Positions 1-9,670 of a stretch of DNA of 64,000 nt are shown here, in pieces. Below the pieces are notes generated by a model, which saw nothing but the letters and a program-made list of their open reading frames with translations, did not search any database and was not told the DNA's origin. Numbering within the stretch: the first letter of the stretch is position 1; every line of letters starts with the position of its first letter. The stretch comes from Escherichia phage vB_EcoM_CRJP21: sequence record OQ708376.1. The stretch is one strand, 5' to 3'. Both the position numbers and the translations under genes were made by a program.

Positions 1-82
1 AATACTTGGTATATCAATTTACTATTTCCATTTGTCGGTGTTGGTTTAGGGTTTACTTTGCATAGTGTATGTAAGGATTACA

Positions 83-361
83 ATGAGAACAAATGAAGTA
101 CTTATTGCTGAAACAATGAAGATGATTTACAATATCACGTCAGCACAGAATATGCCCTATCCAACTAAGTCTTTATTGAGGACTGTGTATCTGGGGATAG
201 TACAGGAGTACTACAAATCCAAGCACCGAAGCATTATTAGTGTTTATCGTGATTATGAAAGGATTCGTATTTTATTCTGGAACAAGAATCGAGTACGTTC
301 TGAATGTGACCTAGTGGACTTTAAATTAGAGAATCTTTATTGCTATAAACAGGGACAATAG
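83..361 (+). CDS. hypothetical protein
   Basis: ORF in track (65-361); first ATG at 83; frame opens after stop at 47-49. Confidence 0.4.
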   Translation: MRTNEVLIAETMKMIYNITSAQNMPYPTKSLLRTVYLGIVQEYYKSKHRSIISVYRDYERIRILFWNKNRVRSECDLVDFKLENLYCYKQGQ

Positions 362-379
362 TTTAATTCATGATATAAT
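352..379 (+). promoter_or_regulatory. sigma70-like early promoter, GGGACA-N13-TGATATAAT
   Basis: GGGACA at 352-357, 13-nt spacer, extended -10 TGATATAAT at 371-379; same architecture recurs 7 more times in window. Confidence 0.5.
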
Positions 380-419
380 AATGGGTAAGGAACAATAATT
401 AACACAAGGAGTGTGTGAA

Positions 420-1148
420 ATGCTTGACCGTATCCGTTTCGCTACAGAGATGGCGAATGAATTAAACATGGCAAATTTCCAAATGTTAACATCAGTAATG
501 GCTGAACATGCATGTGCTTATTCTGTAAGTGGTGTGCAGTGTGGTCAGGAGAATATGTTAGCAGATGTTTATAGTGAAGTGCAAAGTAAGCAATATAGTG
601 TAAAGACATATAAGGATAAGTTTGTTAGTCTTTATATGAACGAAGATATTGCTGAAGACCGTAAATTCACTGATTTTATTATTGAACGACGAGTATCAGG
701 TGTATCTAATCCTAATGCATCAAGCGAGGAAGTTTTTGCAGAAGTACTGAAAGATATATACGAAAATGAATTAAAAAGTAAGAATCATTACAATGTACGT
801 GAAACTAACACAGTGCTCTTGGGATATGATGAAGACGAAGAATACTATTATTTTCGTATGACTGAAGTTCCTTTTGAATACAAATCTCCATATACAACTA
901 CAGTGAAAGAATTTACTGAAAAAAGTAAAAACTTCATGAAGCATGAAGGAAATCGTTGTAGTATAAATGGTTACGACGAAAATGGCATTCACATTTATGA
1001 GTGGGTTCACCCAAATTGTCAGACATACACTCGTTGCTTGAAAAAACGTTATAATTTAGAAGAGCATGAATCATTCTATTTTAAAGTTAAGAAGCAAGGT
1101 TACACTCGCCCCGCCGATTCTGAATTGATGGGTATGATATATTTCTAA
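420..1148 (+). CDS. hypothetical protein
   Basis: ORF 411-1148; ATG at 420 preceded by AGGAG at 405-409. Confidence 0.55.
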   Translation: MLDRIRFATEMANELNMANFQMLTSVMAEHACAYSVSGVQCGQENMLADVYSEVQSKQYSVKTYKDKFVSLYMNEDIAEDRKFTDFIIERRVSGVSNPNASSEEVFAEVLKDIYENELKSKNHYNVRETNTVLLGYDEDEEYYYFRMTEVPFEYKSPYTTTVKEFTEKSKNFMKHEGNRCSINGYDENGIHIYEWVHPNCQTYTRCLKKRYNLEEHESFYFKVKKQGYTRPADSELMGMIYF

Positions 1149-1158
1149 GGAAACTTCT

Positions 1159-1440
1159 ATGGATTTTTATCTACACACATGGACATACGAACAATATATT
1201 ACATTATATCTTGAAATTATTAACACAGAACCTAGGTGTGGTTGTTGGTTCGCAGATATCATAAAAGAGTATGCTGACGAGTTCGAGTTTGTGTATCTTG
1301 GGTCTGATATATTTGTAAAAAGTGTAGGTAAAACCGGACGAATCACTGATATAGATTACGACACTGTTAGTGTGAATTTCTATGTTGATTTTCCTGATGC
1401 TGGAGTTGATGGTGTATATTGTCTTTATGAAATAATTTAA
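1159..1440 (+). CDS. hypothetical protein
   Basis: 93-aa ORF directly after previous gene, followed by terminator. Confidence 0.5.
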   Translation: MDFYLHTWTYEQYITLYLEIINTEPRCGCWFADIIKEYADEFEFVYLGSDIFVKSVGKTGRITDIDYDTVSVNFYVDFPDAGVDGVYCLYEII

Positions 1441-1447
1441 ATTCTTA

Positions 1448-1471
1448 GGCCAGCGTTTGCTGGTCTTTTTT
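1448..1471 (+). terminator. intrinsic terminator
   Basis: GGCCAGC-gttt-GCTGGTC stem followed by TTTTTT. Confidence 0.6.
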
Positions 1472-1484
1472 CGCAGGTACAAAG

Positions 1485-1787
1485 ATGTTCAGTATAGATT
1501 TAATTAACAGTACTATCAAAATGTTGGCTGATTTGGTGAGACAATCCAATGGAACTTTATATCCATCAATGTATAAAATGTTTGACCGATACATCAAGGA
1601 TTGTAACATATCATTATATGGACTTACTGTTGATATAGACGATTACTATGGAATTAATACTTCATATAAAACAGGAATTTTAATTGGTATTAATATAAAG
1701 ATGGGGTATTTCCCTTATTACTGTATAGGATTACCAGATAATACTTTGGTAGAATATCCAGCCAGTACTATTAAATTAAGAGGATAA
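1485..1787 (+). CDS. hypothetical protein
   Basis: 100-aa ORF, compact spacing. Confidence 0.5.
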   Translation: MFSIDLINSTIKMLADLVRQSNGTLYPSMYKMFDRYIKDCNISLYGLTVDIDDYYGINTSYKTGILIGINIKMGYFPYYCIGLPDNTLVEYPASTIKLRG

Positions 1788-1794
1788 AACTAAA

Positions 1795-2373
1795 ATGAAT
1801 GTATTAGAATTAAGTACTAAGCTGATTAGTATGCGTAATGAGTGGTACGATTGGTTTTATAATGGTACTGATATGAATTTTTCAAAATATCCATTTATGG
1901 AATCAGGATGTGATTCAAGATACCGCTGGTTGAGCAAAAGTGATTCTGGTTTACATATTAGAATCGATGATAGTGGTCGAGGAATTATACACGATTTACT
2001 TCAAGTTGATCAATTCGTCCATGACAATTGGTGTGATAACGATCCATACCTTGGAAATATGATTTATATAAGTGAAGATGATTGCGTATTCGTTATCCAG
2101 CGACATGGTAATTCTATGTTTTATGTAGCAGACAGCAGTACACCAGAAGGTGCAGCAGCCGATGGACTTATGCCTAAGATTGATATATTGGAATTTGGAT
2201 TACCTGAGCACTTCCAGATTAGTACTTTATACGATATTCCACCACTTGAGTTCTTTGAAGAATTTAAATTGTACTTCAATGATCTTCAAAAATTGAGTAC
2301 TGATAGACGCATTGAAATAACTGTTAAGTACATGGACGGAACGAAATTAACCGATACGGGGATAGAATTTTGA
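1795..2373 (+). CDS. hypothetical protein
   Basis: 192-aa ORF; ATG 8 nt after previous stop. Confidence 0.5.
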   Translation: MNVLELSTKLISMRNEWYDWFYNGTDMNFSKYPFMESGCDSRYRWLSKSDSGLHIRIDDSGRGIIHDLLQVDQFVHDNWCDNDPYLGNMIYISEDDCVFVIQRHGNSMFYVADSSTPEGAAADGLMPKIDILEFGLPEHFQISTLYDIPPLEFFEEFKLYFNDLQKLSTDRRIEITVKYMDGTKLTDTGIEF

Positions 2374-3059
2374 TTAAAGATTTAGATAGAATTTTATATG
2401 TACTAAGGGGTGTAATTACATTACATCCACAAATCAATCGAATTGAAAGTACATTTCAGTTGGAGTCAAGAGAAACTCCATATTCACATATATCAAATGT
2501 AGTTGGTTCACTCAGTACTGAAGACTCGTCTTACGATATTTGTGTATGTGAAGTACAACCAAGTTCGGATCTTGGATTTGCTATTTTTGATAAAAATCAA
2601 AATCTCATTAGTATGTTTCAGTGCAATAATCCTTTTTGGAAAACATGCCTGTATCCAGAGTGGGCTATGCTTGATCCAACCAAGAGTACCATTAAAGTTT
2701 ATGACTCTAAAAATGATGAAGTCGTTATTGATTTAGATGAGTCAATGTCAGAGGAAGAACACTTTCAGCTAATGATGATGCGTGCTATGCCTGAATACAA
2801 TGCAATGATTAACACTGTGCAATACATTAAGGATACCATGCCAGCGTTGCGTACACATGAGTTTTGTCATCCGGTATTGTATGAACATCTAGATTTAGAC
2901 TTCAGTACTATTAAATTTAAAGATAGTGTTAAAAAATATATTCAAGAGAATGTTAAATTTGATTTTATTAGTACTATGAACAATAATCCAAAAACTAATT
3001 TTAGGCATCAGTACAATGAATCTTTGTCCGGTGGACGTGATACCAGTTGGTGGAAATAA
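2370..3059 (+). CDS. hypothetical protein
   Basis: 229-aa ORF; apparent TTG start overlapping previous stop by 4 nt; no upstream in-frame ATG. Confidence 0.45.
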   Translation: MIKDLDRILYVLRGVITLHPQINRIESTFQLESRETPYSHISNVVGSLSTEDSSYDICVCEVQPSSDLGFAIFDKNQNLISMFQCNNPFWKTCLYPEWAMLDPTKSTIKVYDSKNDEVVIDLDESMSEEEHFQLMMMRAMPEYNAMINTVQYIKDTMPALRTHEFCHPVLYEHLDLDFSTIKFKDSVKKYIQENVKFDFISTMNNNPKTNFRHQYNESLSGGRDTSWWK

Positions 3060-3060
3060 T

Positions 3061-3324
3061 ATGAATATTAAAGATAGATTACAATTACTGTACACACTTG
3101 AACAGGCTGCTTATGATCTTGTTCGAAAAATCTCAGATGAACTACCTAAAGGAACTAAAGTTCGTGTACGTGAGATGAATTATTTTTCTGGAGTAATTGA
3201 AGAACAAGTACTAACAGTGAATAAAGTAACATACTATGAATCTGAGTTGTCTATTCAGTGTGAATCTGATGATGGATTAATATCATATTATGGAACTGAT
3301 GTAGATATAGAGGTAATAAAATGA
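3061..3324 (+). CDS. hypothetical small protein
   Basis: ATG at 3061 after GGTGGA; track ORF 3016-3324. Confidence 0.45.
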   Translation: MNIKDRLQLLYTLEQAAYDLVRKISDELPKGTKVRVREMNYFSGVIEEQVLTVNKVTYYESELSIQCESDDGLISYYGTDVDIEVIK

Positions 3325-4463
3325 CCCTTTTGCAAATATATGAAGATTTAATGCACTTATGTAATACAAACGATGCATTCTTTTATGTGGATCATAAAAG
3401 TCCTGCTGGTGGCACGTATCGTGTATTCAGTTATCGTCTAGCATCATACACTGATTTCATGCAACCAAATGCGTTGGAAACCCGTGGCTCTATGTGGGAA
3501 ATTGATGAAGAAGGTGACATGATACGTTGTGCAGCACGTACAATGAAAAAGTTCTTCAATGCTTACGAGAATCCTGCTACAATGTTCCCTGCTAACACCA
3601 CATGCGATGACATTGCGGTAGTGATGCCTAAGTTGGATGGCTCGATCATCAGTACTTATCGTGATAATGATGGTGAGATTCGTTGTAAATCACATACTGC
3701 ATTGTATTCTGACCATGCGATTAACAGTACTCGACTTATTAACGAGAACCAGAATTTGTATCAGTACATCGACGAAGCGGAACGTTTAGGTTACACAGTT
3801 AATATGGAGTATACAAGCCCAGAGTACCGAATTGTATTACCATATCAGGTAGAACAACTGTTTGTACTGAACGTTCGTCATCGTGTGAGTGGTGAGTTGC
3901 TATGTGGTAAAGCACTACGTGATAAGTTTCCATGTCTTGCACAGTACAGTACTAATATGACTGGAAAAGATATTCATCACACTTTTCCGGTACGAAATAC
4001 CTTCCGTGAAAGCGTGGAGGAAGTTCATAAAATGCTTGATATTGAGGGTTTTGTGTGCATCCTAAATAATGGGACAATGTGTAAAATAAAGACTGACTGG
4101 TACAGTTCATTACATCTTACAAAAGATAGTATTATTATTGATTCTCATTTATATGAAGCAGTATTAAATGGTTCAAGTGATGATTTAAAACAATTGTTCA
4201 GTACTGATGAATATGCTATGCAAAAGATATTAAGAATGGAACAATTGGTATTTTCGTGCTATAATGCATTACAAGATGAAGTAGAAAGCTTCGTCAAGGA
4301 ACACAAGCACTTGGAGCGAAAGGAATTCGCAATGAAGGTTCAGGAGTGTTTAACTAATGAACTGAATCGTCAGGGCTTGGCCTTTGCAATGTATAACAAT
4401 AAGAAAGTTGATTACAAAGAGACTCTTATAAAATACATGAAAATTGTACTAAAGGATTTTTAG
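3321..4463 (+). CDS. rnlA: RNA ligase 1 (T4 Rnl1-like)
   Basis: 380 aa; N-terminal region (FYVDHKSPAGGTYRVFSYRLASYTDF) matches T4 Rnl1 pattern; ligase motif I lysine in MPKLDGS. Confidence 0.85.
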   Translation: MTLLQIYEDLMHLCNTNDAFFYVDHKSPAGGTYRVFSYRLASYTDFMQPNALETRGSMWEIDEEGDMIRCAARTMKKFFNAYENPATMFPANTTCDDIAVVMPKLDGSIISTYRDNDGEIRCKSHTALYSDHAINSTRLINENQNLYQYIDEAERLGYTVNMEYTSPEYRIVLPYQVEQLFVLNVRHRVSGELLCGKALRDKFPCLAQYSTNMTGKDIHHTFPVRNTFRESVEEVHKMLDIEGFVCILNNGTMCKIKTDWYSSLHLTKDSIIIDSHLYEAVLNGSSDDLKQLFSTDEYAMQKILRMEQLVFSCYNALQDEVESFVKEHKHLERKEFAMKVQECLTNELNRQGLAFAMYNNKKVDYKETLIKYMKIVLKDF

Positions 4464-4493
4464 TACTATCTAGCCTAAGCACAAGGAGAAGTG

Positions 4494-4748
4494 ATGGCTA
4501 AACCTAAGTATAAAAATGACGGTTCCCTTTCTCCGACTGAATTCAGGAAAATACAAGAAGAAATCGATGAATTACAGCACAAACGCTCAATGAAAGGTGT
4601 GAAGATAAGTAAGAAACGAATCGAGAATACCTTCGGATGTAGTAGTACTGAATACAAGAAGAAAAGGAAACCAAAAGGTGTTAAGCCGAGAATACATGAT
4701 GTAACTCGCTATACATCGAAACGTGAAAATAAATTTGATCCACTATAA
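4494..4748 (+). CDS. hypothetical basic protein
   Basis: ATG at 4494 after AAGGAG; lysine/arginine-rich 84 aa. Confidence 0.45.
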   Translation: MAKPKYKNDGSLSPTEFRKIQEEIDELQHKRSMKGVKISKKRIENTFGCSSTEYKKKRKPKGVKPRIHDVTRYTSKRENKFDPL

Positions 4749-4757
4749 GGAGTTCAT

Positions 4758-4988
4758 ATGAAAGTTGAAGTTCAGCATAGTATTGTTCAGGATATGTCAG
4801 TAGTTAAATTTCTTTCTCTGAAAGATTACTTCAGATGTATCAAGTTCCTAGAAGAATCTCAATTACAGTGGACCCCATTAAAGTACAGTTCATCCAATGA
4901 TACTGCTAGTATTCGTTGTGATGAATCTGTACTTGTGAAAATCTCCAAGCGATTTGGAGTAGGAAAAGTTAATGAGCACAGTAAGTGA
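4758..4988 (+). CDS. hypothetical protein
   Basis: 76-aa ORF. Confidence 0.45.
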   Translation: MKVEVQHSIVQDMSVVKFLSLKDYFRCIKFLEESQLQWTPLKYSSSNDTASIRCDESVLVKISKRFGVGKVNEHSK

Positions 4989-5226
4989 CCTAAAATACTA
5001 CAACAAAACTGCGGATACGTTTATTACTCATTTATATGAAGAATTTAGTCGTATCCGTGAGGAATATACAGGTAAATGTATTTTATATAGTTCTTATCAT
5101 AGTGGTGGAATTGAAAGTGCTTACATTACTAAAGTGAAGTTTTCTGATGACTATCAATTACTCTTTGAATTAGATGATTGTTTCGTTATTGAAGCTTGTT
5201 TGATAGTGGATGTTCTAGATAATTGA
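4972..5226 (+). CDS. hypothetical protein
   Basis: 84-aa ORF overlapping previous by 17 nt. Confidence 0.45.
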   Translation: MSTVSDLKYYNKTADTFITHLYEEFSRIREEYTGKCILYSSYHSGGIESAYITKVKFSDDYQLLFELDDCFVIEACLIVDVLDN

Positions 5227-5232
5227 GGACAT

Positions 5233-5547
5233 ATGAATAAAGAACTTGCATTTGAGAGGATCGAAAAGTTAAAGTACATTGAAAAGGAACTAATAGAATC
5301 TGTCGAATCAATGGTCGAAGATTACGTTTTCGATTTTAAGAAAACATTGATTGGATGTAAAGTTAAATGCTGGGATCATACAATCAGAGAATGGTTCAGT
5401 ACTATAATTCTTGATGTTAAAGTATCGCGTACTGCTATTGGTAATTTAGTAAATGGTGAATGCTTTGTATACACTGAATACAATAACGGAACAAGAAACC
5501 TTTCAAGAGGATGGCACAAACTCGAAGATGTAGAATTCATTGAGTAA
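5233..5547 (+). CDS. hypothetical protein
   Basis: 104-aa ORF. Confidence 0.5.
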   Translation: MNKELAFERIEKLKYIEKELIESVESMVEDYVFDFKKTLIGCKVKCWDHTIREWFSTIILDVKVSRTAIGNLVNGECFVYTEYNNGTRNLSRGWHKLEDVEFIE

Positions 5548-5559
5548 CAAGGAGTAATA

Positions 5560-6492
5560 ATGCCAACTATTACACTAACAGTTGGATTACCTGGGTGTGG
5601 TAAAACCACATGGGCAGTTCAAGAAATTAAAAATGCCAAATCCAAGACTATCAACATCAACCGTGATGATATTCGTGAATCTATGGCTGGGTCACATGAT
5701 GCTTACAAATTCAACGATGCTAATGAGCAGTACGTAACTAATTTACAGTTCAGTGCAGCAAATTCAGCAGCAGAGAATGGTTGGAACATCATCATATCCG
5801 ATACAAACCTTAAACAACATTTCCGTAATCTCTGGAAAGTATGGGCTAAAGATAATGGTTATGATTACAAAGAAAAGAACTTCTATGATGATTTTGTACC
5901 TAATGAAGACCGTGGTGCAGATGTTCATGAATTCTTTAAGATTAAAGAGTTCGTAAAACTTTGTAAGAAATATAACCTCCAGCGTGAGCGTTCAGTACAA
6001 GATGATATCATTGACACAATGGCAGATACGTACTATTATAGTAAGGCATTGCACATTGGTTACTATGGTAATTCACGAGAAGCTGCTGTTATCGTTGATA
6101 TTGACGGTACTCTTGCTCATAAATGGGGTCGTAATCCTTACGATGAAAGTACTGTTCTTCAGGATACACCTGATGAAGAAGTTATTTTGTCTATTATCGC
6201 TGAAGCAGTTTTTCATAAACGCAAGATTATCGTCATGAGTGGGCGTACTGAAGGGTGTCGTGCTGATACCGAACAGTGGCTTAAGAATTGGGGTGTTCCT
6301 TACGATGCATTGTTTATGCGAGATATCGATGATAAACGTCCTGATGATGTTGTAAAATTCGACCTGTACATGAAAAATGTGGTTGATCATTACGATGTTA
6401 AAAAGGTATATGATGACCGAGCACAAGTCGTATTCATGTGGCGTAAGCTACTTGGTTTGAAAGTTTTTCAAGTTGCAGAAGGAAATTTCTAA
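5560..6492 (+). CDS. pseT: polynucleotide 5'-kinase / 3'-phosphatase (T4 Pnk-like)
   Basis: P-loop GLPGCGKTT, NINRDDIR, and HAD-type phosphatase motif VDIDGTL; colinear with T4 Pnk over full length. Confidence 0.85.
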   Translation: MPTITLTVGLPGCGKTTWAVQEIKNAKSKTININRDDIRESMAGSHDAYKFNDANEQYVTNLQFSAANSAAENGWNIIISDTNLKQHFRNLWKVWAKDNGYDYKEKNFYDDFVPNEDRGADVHEFFKIKEFVKLCKKYNLQRERSVQDDIIDTMADTYYYSKALHIGYYGNSREAAVIVDIDGTLAHKWGRNPYDESTVLQDTPDEEVILSIIAEAVFHKRKIIVMSGRTEGCRADTEQWLKNWGVPYDALFMRDIDDKRPDDVVKFDLYMKNVVDHYDVKKVYDDRAQVVFMWRKLLGLKVFQVAEGNF

Positions 6493-6497
6493 TACAA

Positions 6498-6528
6498 AAG
6501 GGATCATATGTTGGTCCCTTTTTCTTTT
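6498..6528 (+). terminator. intrinsic terminator
   Basis: AGGGATCA / TGGTCCCT stem followed by T-tract. Confidence 0.6.
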
Positions 6529-6541
6529 AAGGAATATTATA

Positions 6542-6718
6542 ATGAATGTAAAAACACAGATGTTATTACAAAAAGAATACTTAGAAAATATAGAAATGTT
6601 CTATAGATTGTCTTTATACGAAAATAAACATAAAAAATATAGCTTTTCTAAACATCTAAACACAAGTACTGATGATTATCTATTTTCATCAATGTTTTAT
6701 GTGAGAGGTTTATTATAA
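6542..6718 (+). CDS. hypothetical small protein
   Basis: ATG at 6542 with AAGGAA 7 nt upstream; track ORF 6473-6718 starts inside terminator. Confidence 0.4.
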   Translation: MNVKTQMLLQKEYLENIEMFYRLSLYENKHKKYSFSKHLNTSTDDYLFSSMFYVRGLL

Positions 6719-6978
6719 TGGATAAATTTCACACAGATATAACACAGATAGGTAATCTTATCAATAGTCTAATTACTGATTTAGAAGAAAAGTATTTAGG
6801 TCGAAATGTATACGTAGAAATGTATGAAACATATGGTGTTATTGATATGATTTATTACAGTGCATTGAAGTGTGAAATACGTTTAACAGTATGTTTGTTT
6901 GAAAAAAATACATTCAACAGAAGTACTGCAATTCGCCAAGTTGGAGTTGATGATATAGAATTATACGAGGAACAATGA
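6718..6978 (+). CDS. hypothetical small protein (small-protein family with KY-G-V motif)
   Basis: 86 aa; motif LEEKYLGRNVYV resembles neighbours 6975, 9670, 10673. Confidence 0.45.
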   Translation: MDKFHTDITQIGNLINSLITDLEEKYLGRNVYVEMYETYGVIDMIYYSALKCEIRLTVCLFEKNTFNRSTAIRQVGVDDIELYEEQ

Positions 6979-7229
6979 TGTTTGAGCAGGACTTAGAGAT
7001 ATTCAAAAGTCATATTGATTACTTGACTATATTAGAAAATGATTTAACTACAAAGTACAAAGGTATTCGTGTTCTGTGCTGGTATGATGATTGGGATTAT
7101 AAACGTGAACTCACGATTGATCGAATTTATTTCAGTGACGGTGTACTAAATGTACATGGTGTAAATGATTTTGGTCATTCATATACATATTCTAATAATG
7201 CTAAATTTAAAAGGATCTACAATGAATGA
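6975..7229 (+). CDS. hypothetical small protein (same family)
   Basis: 84 aa; LTTKYKGIRVLCW. Confidence 0.45.
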   Translation: MMFEQDLEIFKSHIDYLTILENDLTTKYKGIRVLCWYDDWDYKRELTIDRIYFSDGVLNVHGVNDFGHSYTYSNNAKFKRIYNE

Positions 7230-7524
7230 ATATTATCATAATTTATTCGATTACATAAAACTAATAGATGATCTTTCTTTTGAATTTCTCAGTACTGAAA
7301 AAGTTCTTGAACCTCTCTATTATGATTGTATTAGTTCACTATGTTTAGATGAAAAAGAGATATTAGCAAACAACTTACCATCCACGGTCTGTACAATCAA
7401 TGGTTCCAAGGCATTAGTGTGCGAGGTTAATTTTCATAAATCACTTAATACAATTGTTTACAAGTTCGATAACACTTGGGTAAATCATGTAACCAGTAAT
7501 ATTAAATCTGTGAGATTTTTATGA
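7222..7524 (+). CDS. hypothetical protein
   Basis: ATG at 7222 after AAGGA; track ORF 7165-7524. Confidence 0.45.
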   Translation: MNEYYHNLFDYIKLIDDLSFEFLSTEKVLEPLYYDCISSLCLDEKEILANNLPSTVCTINGSKALVCEVNFHKSLNTIVYKFDNTWVNHVTSNIKSVRFL

Positions 7525-7817
7525 ATATAAAAAAATTATTTGAACAAGTAAATTTATTGTACTGGTGTTCAGACGGTTCAGATAAGGAATATAGTGAAGT
7601 TTATTTAGAACTGTTTAGAACTGAAATTCATCAAATTCGAAGATACCTAATTGATAACAAAACTAAAGTACAAGTAAGATACCATAACGGTACTTTAAAG
7701 AATGGTGTAATTATTGGATTGATAGTTACACGAATGTCTAATAATATTAAAGTTGCAGTTAGATTAATGACTGATGATGGTGTCTACACAATAGAAGCTA
7801 GTGAGATTATATATTAA
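7521..7817 (+). CDS. hypothetical protein
   Basis: 98-aa ORF, ATGA overlap with previous. Confidence 0.45.
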   Translation: MNIKKLFEQVNLLYWCSDGSDKEYSEVYLELFRTEIHQIRRYLIDNKTKVQVRYHNGTLKNGVIIGLIVTRMSNNIKVAVRLMTDDGVYTIEASEIIY

Positions 7818-8123
7818 ATGGATATACAAACATTCAATAAACTTAAGTACTATGATGATGGTTTTGCATTAATAATTAACGAACTTGATGGAATACCATA
7901 CGAATATCATAATCAAGTAATGAAGATAATAAAATGTATATGTGAAGAATTAAAAAGTATATTTAAAAATGAATATGTTTATGATTTAGGTAATAATAGC
8001 AAAAAACTATACATAAAGAAATTCTGGGGAACGCATTGCGGTTTGATGGTCGATTTAGGTTTAAGTTTAGACGATAATTCTGAATCATGTTCATTATATA
8101 TAGATGAAATGCGAATATCATGA
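7818..8123 (+). CDS. hypothetical protein
   Basis: 101-aa ORF. Confidence 0.45.
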   Translation: MDIQTFNKLKYYDDGFALIINELDGIPYEYHNQVMKIIKCICEELKSIFKNEYVYDLGNNSKKLYIKKFWGTHCGLMVDLGLSLDDNSESCSLYIDEMRIS

Positions 8124-8149
8124 GACGTATCAGAATTCGGTGATATAAT
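8122..8149 (+). promoter_or_regulatory. sigma70-like promoter, GAGACG-N13-TGATATAAT
   Basis: extended -10 TGATATAAT 8141-8149; -10 sits inside inverted repeat GGTGAT...ATCACC (8140-8165). Confidence 0.45.
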
Positions 8150-8180
8150 TTGATTACATCACCAATAGGGAGAAGTTGAA

Positions 8181-8507
8181 GTGAATGGTTCGTTTTTAAC
8201 AATATTAGAAAAGACAACCGAGATGCTTTCTAGCTCGTTAATGCAGATTTTCAGTACTAATAATTTATACAATACCCAGGTGTTAGATTCAATTAATAAT
8301 AACTATGTGGTAAGTATATCTGATGAAATATGTCCATTTAACGCGTATTCAATTTATAGTGTAGAAGAGTTTCATATATCCGAGATTCGATGTGGTTTTG
8401 GTGCTTGGTTAGTTCTAAATGAACGTTCAGGGTTGTCTTTATACATCGAAGAAGTTAGTAAATTTATATACAAAGGAGTAGAATATGTTAACCCCAATTA
8501 TTCTTAG
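8181..8507 (+). CDS. hypothetical protein
   Basis: 108-aa ORF, apparent GTG start after GGGAGAAG. Confidence 0.4.
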   Translation: MNGSFLTILEKTTEMLSSSLMQIFSTNNLYNTQVLDSINNNYVVSISDEICPFNAYSIYSVEEFHISEIRCGFGAWLVLNERSGLSLYIEEVSKFIYKGVEYVNPNYS

Positions 8508-9123
8508 CAGTGCATATGTAATCGGTATTATTATTTCTGGTATGCTTGCATATAACTATAACCGAAGTGTTCTAGGTTATGTAGTACTTGGTACAGTACT
8601 AAGTCCAGTGATTGCTATTGGTCTTCTTGTTATGCTAGGTGAGAAAAATACAAGCTTCTTTATTACTAAAGAACTTGATAAAATCACCCCAGCACCAGAA
8701 ACAGTTATTCCAGAAGTTAAAGAAGAAGTTAAAGAAGTTAAAGAAGTTGAAGTGCAAATGCAAGTTAAAGTGTATAATACACTTGAAGAAACTGACCCTA
8801 AAGTTGTAGTGAATGTAGTTCCAGTCGTTGAAGAGGTGAAACCAAAAGCTCCTAAAGTACAGAAAAATACTAAAACTGCAAAGAAAGCTCGTTACACTAA
8901 AGGTAAGAACAAAGGTAAATCTAAGGATGAACCACAACTAGGTGTTCATGACCATACTGCACAAATTGCAACGGCAGCGACCGCAGCAGCAATCGTAACA
9001 TCACCAATCTACAACAATGATGATTACAGTGATTATAGCCGTCACAGCAGTTCTTCCTCTGATTCTTGTTCCTATGATAGCTCTAGTTCTGATTCAAGTT
9101 CATCTTCTGGAAGTTGTGATTAA
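8485..9123 (+). CDS. membrane protein with KEV repeats and Ser/Asp-rich tail
   Basis: two N-terminal hydrophobic helices; (VKEE/VKEV) repeats; C-terminal SSSSSDSCSYDSSSSDSSSSSGS. Confidence 0.5.
   Translation: MLTPIILSSAYVIGIIISGMLAYNYNRSVLGYVVLGTVLSPVIAIGLLVMLGEKNTSFFITKELDKITPAPETVIPEVKEEVKEVKEVEVQMQVKVYNTLEETDPKVVVNVVPVVEEVKPKAPKVQKNTKTAKKARYTKGKNKGKSKDEPQLGVHDHTAQIATAATAAAIVTSPIYNNDDYSDYSRHSSSSSDSCSYDSSSSDSSSSSGSCD
8713..8753 (+). repeat. short tandem repeat (GTTAAAGAA-like units) inside CDS
   Basis: gaagttaaagaagaagttaaagaagttaaagaagttgaag encodes EVKEEVKEVKEVEV. Confidence 0.6.
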
Positions 9124-9452
9124 TGTCAATGAAACCACTAATTCAACATAATATTTTTTATAGGTCATTATTCAAAATTCAAGATGATTTTTATCAGACG
9201 TTGAGTAATGTTCTTATAGGTAAAACTGTACGATATTCGGAACAATACATCAAACGTATGACAAGTCAGTATATTGACCCTGAATACGAATACGACATTG
9301 AACACATTAATCCCAATACTAGAATGAAAATCATTGAGATATTTAAGAATGGGAGAACTATAGGTGCTGAAATTGAGTACTTAAATTGTGATTGTTACAT
9401 AGATACAGAGTTGAGTTTGGATTATCTTGTTTTAGTGGATGATGAGGAATAA
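9123..9452 (+). CDS. hypothetical protein
   Basis: 109-aa ORF. Confidence 0.45.
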   Translation: MSMKPLIQHNIFYRSLFKIQDDFYQTLSNVLIGKTVRYSEQYIKRMTSQYIDPEYEYDIEHINPNTRMKIIEIFKNGRTIGAEIEYLNCDCYIDTELSLDYLVLVDDEE

Positions 9453-9454
9453 TT

Positions 9455-9670
9455 ATGATAACATTTTTCGCAATATATGGATTTGTAGCATTTGTTACAT
9501 TTATAACCAACTTTCTAGTACTTAATTGGGGTTGTTTTAAAGATGAAATCATGATTATCATGAATCTCCAAACAGCAGCACTGATGGCTATTATTTGGCC
9601 TGTAACGTTAGTATATATTTTTATTTCACTTACCCAAGATATTATTAACAAATATAAGAGAAAGAAATAA
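9455..9670 (+). CDS. small membrane protein
   Basis: 71 aa, two hydrophobic segments. Confidence 0.45.
   Translation: MITFFAIYGFVAFVTFITNFLVLNWGCFKDEIMIIMNLQTAALMAIIWPVTLVYIFISLTQDIINKYKRKK

Noticed and set aside
771-1010. Reverse-strand ORFs lying wholly inside + strand genes (771-1010, 1204-1482, 6073-6426, 8635-8937, 9358-9651, 12376-12639, 13808-14134, 16310-16612 and others)
   Set aside because: They overlap longer, motif-supported + strand genes, lack RBSs, and their products are low-complexity or hydrophobic as expected from antisense reading of AT-rich coding DNA.
5753-6238. Out-of-frame + strand ORFs inside the Pnk gene (5753-5956, 5984-6238)
   Set aside because: Nested in a different frame within a well-supported enzyme gene; no independent start signals.
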